Shown one piece after another: positions 13,112 through 22,192 of a DNA stretch of 64,000 nt (positions within the stretch are counted from its first letter, which is position 1; the number at the start of each line of letters is the position of its first letter). The position numbers and the translations under genes are program-made. The notes under the pieces were generated by a model. The model was not told where the DNA came from. It did no database searches and saw only the letters and a program-made list of their open reading frames with translations. The DNA comes from Pseudogymnoascus verrucosus. Its lineage: Eukaryota. The stretch is from the NCBI GenBank assembly GCA_001662655.1, contig KV460291.1; one strand, 5' to 3'.

Positions 13112-13582
13112 TCATCCACATCTACATCTATATCCGCACCCACGCCCCATTCTTCTCGGCTCCGCAATGCAGATCTCCGCGCATGTCATCGCTAATATAG
13201 ATATAATCATTTTGAAGTCATGAGTTCCATGATAGAACGCAATCATCTCGGCCGTCATGATAAAAATACTGCACATAAATAGAGTAATCGCAAAGACCAT
13301 GGTCGCAATAATTCTGATGGATCCTGCTTCATTTGCGACACTCTTAAGAAATTGTAAAAACTTTTTGGCTCTTGTTTGTATGCTGTTGTCCAGATATCGA
13401 GGTGGGCCAGAAGAGAGATCTTGGCCTATAGTATCCTGATTCCCGTCGTCCACAGCTTCGGGATGCTCGCTGGCGTCGTCTGAAAGTTCAGAGATATCAA
13501 TTCTTGTCTTCGAGATATTCATTTCCATATCGGCGAGGAGTTGTGGTAATGGAAGGTATGGATAGATAGGTAGTTTTGGCAC
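13112..13582 (-). CDS. Hypothetical membrane protein, divergent from the cassette array
   Basis: 156-aa ORF starting at GTG (first ATG gives MEMNISK). Acidic N-terminus followed by two hydrophobic segments. No family recognised. Confidence 0.35.
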   Translation of the reverse strand: MPKLPIYPYLPLPQLLADMEMNISKTRIDISELSDDASEHPEAVDDGNQDTIGQDLSSGPPRYLDNSIQTRAKKFLQFLKSVANEAGSIRIIATMVFAITLFMCSIFIMTAEMIAFYHGTHDFKMIISILAMTCAEICIAEPRRMGRGCGYRCRCG

Positions 13583-13843
13583 GTTAGAAAATATTCGAGA
13601 AGGGAGGGAGCTTAAGTCGCAAGATGTATCGTATGATGATGATGATCATGTTGCCGGATAGCTTCATTTATCATTAGACCACGCAATTTCGAGCTAGCTA
13701 TCACACTTGGTCCTTCCGTTCTTGGATATGAAACTAAGTCACCACTTACCCACCTTCTATCTGAACTACCTCCTGCCACAGTATACCTCCAAAAAAATCG
13801 CTACCATGATTTCCCATCTCTCAGACACCCACAGAGAATAGCA

Positions 13844-14154
13844 ATGCATAACGTCGAAGCCACCAATAACAACCATGAACCCACCATGCGCCGAGCCTCA
13901 CCATCAACCTACAGGCACAAACTCACCTAAACAGCCCCGATCCCGCCACAGAAGCGTCCTCCCATCAGCTGGTTGGATTCCCTAAAGCAGCTCCACGCAA
14001 AGTTAAGCGCGTTCTTCCTGATCTTCGCTGAAACACTAGGGTTAATATGTTCGGCATATTGCTCGTGTCCGCAATGGCGCTCTTCGTCGTTTGGGGGCTT
14101 ATGGTTTTAGCGGGGTCTTTGCTGCTCGATGGGCTGAAGGCATGCGTCCGTTGA
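13844..14154 (+). pseudogene. Array cassette 1, frameshifted
   Basis: MHNVEA start, then PPQKRPPISWLDSLKQLHAKL in another frame, then MFGILLVSAMALFVVWGLMVLAGSLLLDGLKACVR* after a further frameshift. Confidence 0.7.
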
Positions 14155-14404
14155 TCGAAAGGAGGAGGGTGTTGCCCGACGCGCTTGGGGAACACGGCAC
14201 GGAGAGACAAACACCTGTTAGGAAAGTACGGGATGGGCGATAGTAGGAAAAAAGGAGAAACGTACGATGATAATGAAACCGCTTCTATGACTACTCTTAT
14301 ACATGAATACAAGCCACCGCACCCCCCACCTTCCATAAAAACCACCCATTACGATAATTTCCCCTACGCATATCCTCAACTCAAAATCCACCATTTCTAT
14401 ATTC

Positions 14405-14734
14405 TTGACGACAGCAACACCCGCTCAAAATAACAATGCACAACACCGAAGCCAACCCCCTCCTATCCAAACCTCCCCAGCGAGACACGCAACTCCCCGA
14501 GCCTACCCCGTGCCGCAGCTACCCAAAATGCCGCCTATTAGTCGCCTGGAGAAACTCAAGAAGCTTGACGCAACTTTAAAGGCATATACCCCAGTACTCA
14601 TGGAGCTATTCGGCTTCGTGCTTGGCACAATAGGGTTGGTAACGGTCGCATTGGTTGCCTTGGGGGTGGCGGTGGGGCTGCTGGGACTTGTGTTGCACGT
14701 ACTGATCCTGGGGGCGAAGGCAGTTTTTCATTAA
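14405..14734 (+). CDS. Array cassette 2 small membrane protein (likely start ATG 14528; ancestral MHNTEA ATG at 14436 is out of frame)
   Basis: MPPISRLEKLKKLDATLKAYTPVLMELFGF followed by a ~35-aa hydrophobic stretch and GAKAVFH*. Confidence 0.7.
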   Translation: MTTATPAQNNNAQHRSQPPPIQTSPARHATPRAYPVPQLPKMPPISRLEKLKKLDATLKAYTPVLMELFGFVLGTIGLVTVALVALGVAVGLLGLVLHVLILGAKAVFH

Positions 14735-15021
14735 TCAAATGGTAGAGGGTTGCCCAACGGATCAAGGAGCGCAGAGATGAACAGTTGTCTAGAAACAGAG
14801 AAGCGACCGATAATTTAAAAGTAGTACAATAGTACGACCATGTGCCCCTAGATCATGCCGCTTCCAACTATCACCTCATTTCTTGCTTTCTAGGAAATGA
14901 ATACAGACTACCGCCTTCCACCTCCTAGCACAATATATATTCCCATCCATAGTCCAAGATAAAAAACCACCACCTCCAACTCCTAGACGACATCGACCTA
15001 CCACCCAGAAATAAAACAGCA

Positions 15022-15364
15022 ATGCATGACCTCGAATCCGCTATGCACAACTCTAATACCTAGTCTAACTCGTCTCCCCCTCTCTACCCACCAATGCCAA
15101 GGTCGGCCCAAACTTCTCCAGCCAGCAGCACACCAATGATGCCACCCTCGCGTCAGAAATCTTAGATCAGCCGCCTGAATAACTCAAGAGCAGCTCAACA
15201 AAACTTTGAGCGAGTACAGCCCAGAGCTGGAGGATCTGGCCGGACACGTGGTCCACACGTTGATGATATGTCTTGGGGTGATAGTTGCAGTTGTAGTTGC
15301 GATGGAATTGATTGGCGGATTATTGTATCTATTTTTCCTAGGGGTGAAGGCGATTTTCTTTTGA
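15022..15364 (+). pseudogene. Array cassette 3, two in-frame TAG stops plus a frameshift
   Basis: MHDLESAMHNSNT*(15061)..PPLYPP..RQKS*(15163)ISRL, then a frameshift to QLNKTLSEYSPEL..LICLGVIVAVVVA..LFFLGVKAIFF*. Confidence 0.75.
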
Positions 15365-15626
15365 TGTAAGTGAAGGTTAGTTCCTTGTGCGCTCTGAATT
15401 TTAGAAAAGGATGGGGCAGTCGATAGTCGGAAGGAAGAAATATCGTATGATCATTATGCTCCTTTAGACCATGCCGCTTCTAGCTATCACCTCATTCCTT
15501 CCCTTCCTAGAAATGAATATAAAGAATTACACCACCTACTTCTTGTCCAAACCACCACGTACCAATGATAATTATTACTAGTACAATGCTAAGAAGAAAT
15601 ACTCAAGCATCCTGAACGTTATCAAA

Positions 15627-15977
15627 ATGCATCACCTTGAAACAGCAATGAATAACCTCGAAATGGCAATGAGTAACCTCGAAGCAGCAATTGATAACTT
15701 CGAAACAGCAAAACACAACTCTGGGGTCCAACTCCCCTCGCCTTTTTCTTCCTACCCAGAGGCAAGCTACACGTACCACAGCACTCAAACGAACCCCCCT
15801 CCTTTACAGGGGACTCCTGATATCTCAATGAGATTCAAGCAATATGACGCATTTTTTGGCGGGTACGGCCCAGACCTCGGATTTGAGATTGGAGTGATAG
15901 CATTCTGGACGAGCAGGCTGGTTGTTGTAGGATTGGTGGTAGTGTTGGTGTGGAATGTGTTGTACTTGTTATTTTAG
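15627..15977 (+). CDS. Array cassette 4 small membrane protein with N-terminal heptad duplication
   Basis: MHHLETA-MNNLEMA-MSNLEAA-IDNFETA 21-bp repeats; HSTQT; YGP; hydrophobic C-terminus. The usual LGAKAI ending is frameshifted off. Confidence 0.65.
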   Translation: MHHLETAMNNLEMAMSNLEAAIDNFETAKHNSGVQLPSPFSSYPEASYTYHSTQTNPPPLQGTPDISMRFKQYDAFFGGYGPDLGFEIGVIAFWTSRLVVVGLVVVLVWNVLYLLF

Positions 15978-16280
15978 GAGCGAAGGCCATTTCCTGTGAT
16001 CGAAGGCGGGGTCAGCACCTCATGCGCTCTAGGTGCATGAAGTTAAACAGTTGTCGGGAAGGGATGAAGAGTGTGACATTATCATACGACGATTATATGC
16101 CCTTGGGCGATGTGGCTTCTAGATATGATCTCATTCGTTCCTTTCTTAAAAATATAAACCATCACACTTCCCACAACTCTTCACCACCTCCTATCACGAT
16201 AACTATACCAATCCACATCGCACACCGCCCCAAATAAACACACACAAACCCAAACCGTCAAACGCCACCAACCTCCCAAA

Positions 16281-16526
16281 ATGGCCCTACCAAAGCTCGA
16301 AACCGCATCCATCGCCCCTCGACCACCCCCAACCCTCCTGGAGAAACTCAGCCGCCTTGACGCAAGCTTTCAGACATACGGCCCCATCCTCGTGAGATGC
16401 TTTGAATTCATAACGCTCACATCTTTGGGGGCGCTGGCGATAATAGCCCTGGTTACTGCCTTACTAGGAGGCATAGGACTTGCGTTATTCTTGTTGGTTC
16501 AGGGCGTAAAGCTGGTTCTCACTTAA
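16281..16526 (+). CDS. Array cassette 5 small membrane protein
   Basis: caaaATG context; MALPKLETAS..PPTLLEKLSRLDASFQTYGP, hydrophobic stretch, GVKLVLT*. Confidence 0.75.
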   Translation: MALPKLETASIAPRPPPTLLEKLSRLDASFQTYGPILVRCFEFITLTSLGALAIIALVTALLGGIGLALFLLVQGVKLVLT

Positions 16527-16793
16527 TCGAAGGAGGAGATGTTGCCCGATGGGTCCTTGAGGACGTGGAGATATGGACAGCTTTTATGAAGGGGGGGACT
16601 AGGTGATATGAGAAGCGGTATCGTACGAAGTTAATTCCAGGTCGGACCATGTTGCTTTTATCACCTCATTATTTCCGTTCTTAGAAATGAATATAAACCA
16701 CCACACTACCCATCACTCTACTTTCAAACCCCCACCTCGAAAAATAATCATCACGCCTACAGTAAAGTCTCAAAACACCAACGAACCCACAAA

Positions 16794-16988
16794 ATGGCAC
16801 TTCCAAGGCTTGAAACCGCATCCATCGCGCCCCGGCCCCCCGCCCTACAGAACATCTTCGTATTCGTGCTTGGCGCGTCACTGGCGACGGTGGTAATGGT
16901 AGGCGCGGTACCGCTGGTGCTATTTAGCGTAGGAGCGGCGTTGTTCGCGTTGTACCAGGGGGGGAAGACAGCTATGGAGAACTCATAG
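16794..16988 (+). CDS. Array cassette 6 small membrane protein, internally deleted
   Basis: MALPRLETASIAPRPP is nearly identical to cassette 5. The LEKL helix is missing and the hydrophobic tail is kept. Confidence 0.6.
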   Translation: MALPRLETASIAPRPPALQNIFVFVLGASLATVVMVGAVPLVLFSVGAALFALYQGGKTAMENS

Positions 16989-17294
16989 CTGTCTTCATCT
17001 CCTAGACTGGTAGCTGCAGCTTGCTCGGTGAAAGGTTTCCGGGCATGGAGGGACTAATGATTCTCGGAAAAGATGGGGGTTGGGGTGTCAAAGGAAGTAG
17101 CATCATACGACCACTCCGGAACGTACGACTTCTAGTTATCACCTCACTCTTTCCTTTCCTGGAAATAAATATAAGGAACCACACTACCCACGTCCACTCC
17201 CACTACCTCCGCCAGAATAACCTTATTACCGCCTTTAAACTAAAAATCCACAACACCAAACATCCAAACACCGCAGTGTCCAAAAACCAGAAAA

Positions 17295-17624
17295 ATGCAC
17301 ACCCCAAAAACCGCCGCGCACAATTTCAAGCCCCCCCCTTCCGTACTTCCACCACCATGCCCACCTCCCTGCTTGTTATGCCGCAAAACCCCGCCCGCCC
17401 CAGCAGAGCCCGCCACCAGTCTGCTCGTAAAACTTGAGCGCCTCGAGGAAACACTAAAGGCGTATGGGCCGGTCTGTGTAAGACTATTCGAACTGGGGTT
17501 GCACGCGGGGTTAATGGTGATCTTGGGGACGGTGATGGCGACGCTCGTGGTGTTAACTGTGGGGGGTGCATCGGCCCTGTTGCTGTGCCTGTTGGTTGAG
17601 GGATTGAAGGCTATTATGGGCTGA
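17295..17624 (+). CDS. Array cassette 7 small membrane protein
   Basis: MHTPKTAAHN, Pro-rich stretch, SLLVKLERLEETLKAYGPVCVRLFEL, hydrophobic stretch, GLKAIMG*. Confidence 0.75.
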   Translation: MHTPKTAAHNFKPPPSVLPPPCPPPCLLCRKTPPAPAEPATSLLVKLERLEETLKAYGPVCVRLFELGLHAGLMVILGTVMATLVVLTVGGASALLLCLLVEGLKAIMG

Positions 17625-17789
17625 TCGGAAGACGGAGGAAGAAGGAAGGGGTATCGTATGAGGATTATGTGTCGTCAGATCAGACATCACCTCATTCTTT
17701 CCCTACCTAGAAATCAATATAAGCCACCACCATATCACGCAACCCATCTCCTACAACTACCAATTACCACCACCAAACAAAAAACAAAC

Positions 17790-17950
17790 CACAACGCCAA
17801 AACACCAGTCTGTGTAAGACTATTCGAATTCGTGATGGATAAATTGTATCTATTTATCTCGGGGTTGGCAACGGGGGCGGCCGTGGGACTAGTCGTGGTG
17901 GCGGTGGTGGTCCTGTCGGTTCAAGGGTGGAAGTTGGTTAGGGGTTATCG
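17790..17950 (+). pseudogene. Array cassette 8, 5'-deleted and stop codon lost
   Basis: PVCVRLFEF matches cassette 7 at the DNA level (gtctgtgtaagactattcgaa). No ATG at the expected position. The usual TRA-TCGAA ending reads TTA-TCGAA. Confidence 0.65.
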
Positions 17951-18158
17951 AAAGAGGGACGAGGAAGGGGTGCTGTATGAGGATTGTCAGTACTCGAACC
18001 ATGTGTCGTCGCAGCAGGAATCACCTCATTCCCCCCTCTCCCGGGAATGAATATAAAGAACCATCGCACCACACAGCTCTCCTCCCACCACCACCGCCTA
18101 CCACGAACCGCAAGCGCACCACCCCCAACCTCTCAACCTACCATCAAACCCATCAAAT

Positions 18159-18461
18159 ATGGCCCCTCCAAAGCTTGAAACAGATTCCCTTGCGGCACTA
18201 TCTCTTAAATACGCCAAACCAGTCAAACCCGTCAAACCTGTCAAACGCACAAAACCCCCCCTCACCGTCCTCGAGAAACGAGAGCGCCTGGAGAGAACTC
18301 TGAAATTGTACTCGCCTGTCTGTGAAAAGCTATTTGTATTCGTGGTTTGCGGGTCGCTTATGTTGATCACCGCGTTGATGGTGGTGTCGCTCTTGGTGTT
18401 TTGCATTTGGGTTGCAGTGTATTTCTTGTCGAGGGGGTGGCGATGGCCGTGGTCTGGTTAA
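18159..18461 (+). CDS. Array cassette 9 small membrane protein
   Basis: MAPPKLETDS, (KPV)3, PPLTVLEKRERLERTLKLYSPVCEKLF, hydrophobic stretch, GWRW. Confidence 0.75.
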   Translation: MAPPKLETDSLAALSLKYAKPVKPVKPVKRTKPPLTVLEKRERLERTLKLYSPVCEKLFVFVVCGSLMLITALMVVSLLVFCIWVAVYFLSRGWRWPWSG

Positions 18462-18685
18462 AGGGGGGGTAAAGGGGAGGGTATCGTATGAGGATTATGT
18501 CTCGTCAACAGACCATGTGTTAGAGTATTAGTTATCGCCCCATTCCTTCTGTTCCTGGAAATAGATATAAATCACCACACCACCGACTTGTTCTTACAAC
18601 CTCCTTAAAAATACCACTCACTATCCCAAAATCCGCCACTTCCCTCTGAACTCTCAAATACAACCAACCCGATAAACAAGCTACA

Positions 18686-18994
18686 ATGCACAACCCTCCA
18701 GCCACCACCGGCACTCAACCCCTCGCACCTCCTCCCTACCAACTATCATCTCGCCAGACGCATAGCCGCGGGACCCAAACCGACTCCCCTCTACCACAAG
18801 CAGCCCCTCGCAAACGCCCCACCACCCTCCTAGAAAAAATAAATTTGTGCAACAACATACTGGATGAGTACCTTCCGGCCTTAATGGAACTTATGATGCG
18901 CACAATGGTTGGGCTCTTGATGCTGGCGTTTGCGGCCATTCCGCTTGTGATCGCGTTTATGGCGGTGTTCGGGTTTGGGGCGTGGAGGAGATGA
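18686..18994 (+). CDS. Array cassette 10 small membrane protein
   Basis: MHNPPATTGTQPLAPPPY..RGTQTD..PTTLLEKINLCNNILDEYLP, hydrophobic stretch, GAWRR*. Confidence 0.75.
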   Translation: MHNPPATTGTQPLAPPPYQLSSRQTHSRGTQTDSPLPQAAPRKRPTTLLEKINLCNNILDEYLPALMELMMRTMVGLLMLAFAAIPLVIAFMAVFGFGAWRR

Positions 18995-19379
18995 GGCGGT
19001 GGGTAGTATGGAGTCTGTGATTGTTTGGTTCTAGGGTGGAAGGTGGTCGTGGGGTGATGGAAAAGGGGGGGGAGGGGGGGTGTCGTACGAGGGTTCGGCG
19101 TCCTCGAACCACGCGCCGAAGGAGTAGCTAGATATCTCCTCATTATTCCCTTTCATAGAACTGATAAGTGATAATTAACCACCCACCCATATCACCAACT
19201 TCTTCTTCTTCCTACCTCCACTACAAATACCCATTACCAACACACCCCAAACCCACCACTTCCATCTATCCAACGCCAACCAGCAGCCCTCATAAATAAC
19301 GCACCAGTGAATCCCCCAACCGCCCTCTACAACTCCTCCGCCCAATACCCCGCCCCTACACCCCTCTTAAACAAGCACA

Positions 19380-19770
19380 ATGATCAACCCCTCTGCAACC
19401 ACCAGTGCCCAACTCCCCCCACCTCCTCCTTACGACTCACGTTCTCCCTACAACCCACATCCTCAATACAGCCCACGTCCTCCCTACAACCCACATCCTC
19501 CCTACAACTCACGTCCTCCCTCCAACCGACCTCCTCCCCACAACCCATCACCCCACAAAACGCACCAAGGCACCCAACCCAGCCCCTGCATCTGCATCTA
19601 CACCGCACCCGCGCCCTCTCTCGCGCCACCCCCCCCTTCACTTTTCTCCAAAACCCCAAGAAGAAGAAGAAGCTCGACTGCTGTTGCCCGGATTTACTCT
19701 TGTCCTCATCGTGCTGCTGATTGGGAGGATGGTTTTCACTGCTGTTTGGTGTGGTTTGGGGAAGGGGTGA
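19380..19770 (+). pseudogene. Array cassette 11, frameshifted, with internal 18-bp repeats
   Basis: MINPSATTSAQLPPPPPY followed by PYNPHP/PYNSRP repeats and THQGTQP. The helix (PPFTFLQ..KL) and the hydrophobic tail (LLLPGFTLVLIVLLIGRMVFTAVWCGLGKG*) lie in other frames. Confidence 0.65.
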
Positions 19771-19976
19771 GGTGGGATGGGGGTATCGTATGAGGATTGT
19801 GGATGGACTGATTAGGGGTATCACCTCATTATTTCCTTGCTTAGAAAGGGATATATAGATAGAACTATGCAACCCCCATCTCTGAACCCATCACCACCTA
19901 CCTACAACCCAAAATCCAGCACCCTCCCTCTAGACTCTCAAAAATCCAACAAACAACGCCCTTCAACCCACCAAAA

Positions 19977-20315
19977 ATGCACAGCCCCTCGACCATCACC
20001 ACCACCACCACCGGCGCCCAACCCACGCCTCCTCCCTCCCACCCACCATTCCGCCAAACACATCAAGGCACCCAAACCACCCCCTCTGCCTTTACCCGCC
20101 CACCCCCCCCTCCTCCCACACCAACCCCCATCCCAAAGCCCCCCTCCACCACCTTACCTGAAAAACTCCAGAAGGTCGATGCGAACCTCAAGGAGCTCGC
20201 CCCGGTCGTGGGGAGTATATTGGAGACGCTATCTCCTGTGATGGAGGTTGGGTTTATGGCGCTGATGGCGGGGGGGTTTTTTGCGCTTGTTTGGTATGGG
20301 ATTCGGCTAGGGTGA
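19977..20315 (+). CDS. Array cassette 12 small membrane protein
   Basis: MHSPST..TGAQPTPPP..RQTHQGTQT..TTLPEKLQKVDANLKELAP, hydrophobic stretch, GIRLG*. Confidence 0.75.
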   Translation: MHSPSTITTTTTGAQPTPPPSHPPFRQTHQGTQTTPSAFTRPPPPPPTPTPIPKPPSTTLPEKLQKVDANLKELAPVVGSILETLSPVMEVGFMALMAGGFFALVWYGIRLG

Positions 20316-20545
20316 GGTGGAGGGGTGGTATGAGAGTTGTGTTGTTGTGAGGATTGTGGGTGTCGTATGAGGATTAGCTGGAGTCGGATCAGGGGGGTAT
20401 CACCTCATTATTTCCTTTCTTAGAAAAAGGATATAAACAACCATACCACCACATACTTTTCTAAACCAATCACCACCCACCAATCCCAAACCCAGCACCT
20501 CGAACCTCTCAAACACCACCAACCCCTTAACCACCAAAACCAAAA

Positions 20546-20870
20546 ATGCACAACCCCTCAACCACCACGGGCGCCCAACCCCTCCCACCACCTCAGCAGA
20601 CACACCGAGGCACACAAACCCTCCCCATCTCCGCCCAACCCTCTCCTCCTCCCCCCTGCGCCCCTACAAAACCTCCCCCCCCCCCCAACCCGCCTCGAGA
20701 AACTCGAGGCCCTCCACAGAACTCTCGAACAGTACGTGATGGTGGGCATGGACTTTGGGTTCCTCGCATTCTGCGCGATGACGATGGGGTTCATGATGTT
20801 GTTGGTGGTGGGGGCGTTTGTGGTGGGGCCTGTTGTGGTGGGGTGGAGGGCTTGGAGGGGGGAGTCGTGA
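20546..20870 (+). pseudogene. Array cassette 13, frameshift at a C12 run (or a sequencing error)
   Basis: MHNPSTTTGAQPLPPP..THRGTQT. After the poly-C at 20675-20686 another frame gives TRLEKLEALHRTLEQYV..FLAFCAMTMGFMMLLVVGAFVVGPVVVGWRAWRGES*. Confidence 0.7.
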
Positions 20871-22192
20871 TGGTGGGTGGGTGGGTGGTTGCTTGAGTGA
20901 TGGGGATGCGTGGAGGGTGATGGGTAAGAGTCTTATTTTTCAAGATTTATGAATGCGGAAAAGGAGATTAATGACCTTCCCCGACCGTAGGGCGAAAATG
21001 CGTAGCCGTCGCATCCAAAGACGGAGTGCTCGTCCACGATATCGACTAAGTCTGCTAGACCGGGAATTTTGTGTTGGATTTGAGCAGGGAACTCCGCTGC
21101 CATGTTTGTATACTAGTTCGCACTATCCGATCTATGTTAAATGAAAAACTAAGGACTTTGAAATCACGCAAGTCTTTGTTTAACAGCAGGTTACTAGTAG
21201 AATTGATTAATGCTACAGTCGCTAGATAACTTGATTGTGGTGCATAATATGAAGACACTACAGGACTTCGAATGCGCAATGTTAACGGGGCTGCTGCTAT
21301 ACACGCGTTAACATCATATGTCCTCTTGCTAGTGAAAGTCGTACGTAGGCATAGAGTAGATTCTAAAGTTCTTCTTCATTGTTTATAGCATAACTTCGTA
21401 TAACATTCTCTTAGGAAAGGGGGGGGGATAGCTTCACTAATTGAGCGAGCGTCATTAGCAACTACTCTACGAACGAGAACTGTATCTTTGAAGCGTTAAA
21501 GGCGACTAAGGAAGGTGTGCTGAAGTCTAGAGATGTCAAGGCTCTGGATTCACTTAAGGCTCACCTTGAGGCTGACACGTCGATCAGCAAGTTGGGCTGC
21601 TGACAAGGCCTGGCTGGATGCCTTGTTCGTTTCACCAGTTGAGGAAAACCGCACCAACAAAGGGGGCGCTAATGTTAACTTTGTTAATTCTTGTTTGCGT
21701 GGGAAATGATGAGGGAAGTTGGGGGGGGGGACTGTAGGTTAGAAGTAGATTAAGTGATTACAGCATTTTCTCTCATCACTGAATAAAAACGAAAGACATG
21801 CAAAAACACGGCAATTGAAGAAAGGTCTTAATATTATCTCTCCCAACCCCATCTAAGATTCCCTCACCCGCTCATGAACGAGTTACATGGACATCCCATC
21901 TCTCAAAAGCATGCAATGCGGCCGAAACGCAAAACGCAATGCAGTAGCAGGTACCTCGCGATCTCTCTTCCTCTCTATCCTTCCTTCCTCGTGAATCACC
22001 CTCTCAGGGAGACACGGCAGCAAACTTTAAAAAAAGAAAAGCTTTCACTTCCAATCTTGTTTTTCTTCTCAACGCCCTAAAATTCCCAAAAACACAAATA
22101 TCAAAAGCCATGGACATCAAGACATTAACAACTACCACTCAAAATCCCTTAAAATAGGAAAACAATGCGACCACGTCTCTAAAACACGGCGC

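Larger units (their letters stand above)
13626..20870 (+). repeat. Tandem array of 13 diverged gene cassettes (conserved leader + small membrane-anchored ORF)
   Basis: TATCACCTCATT or near variants at 13699, 14869, 15485, 16124, 16659, 17137, 17685, 18019, 18533, 19133, 19819 and 20398, with a partly deleted copy near 14290. Each is followed by an ATATAA-like box and a paralogous ORF. Confidence 0.92.

Noticed and set aside
13626..20870. Array read as a CRISPR array, a box C/D snoRNA cluster or a transposon nest
   Set aside because: The host is eukaryotic, the repeats are degenerate and the spacers are paralogous ORFs. ATGAGGA is only C-box-like and has no consistent CTGA D box. No terminal inverted repeats, LTRs, target-site duplications or transposase/RT remnants were seen.
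21390..21402. Exact 13-bp loxP half-site ATAACTTCGTATA
   Set aside because: The second arm (TATACGAAGTTAT) is absent after the 8-bp spacer and there is no vector sequence nearby, so it is most likely chance.
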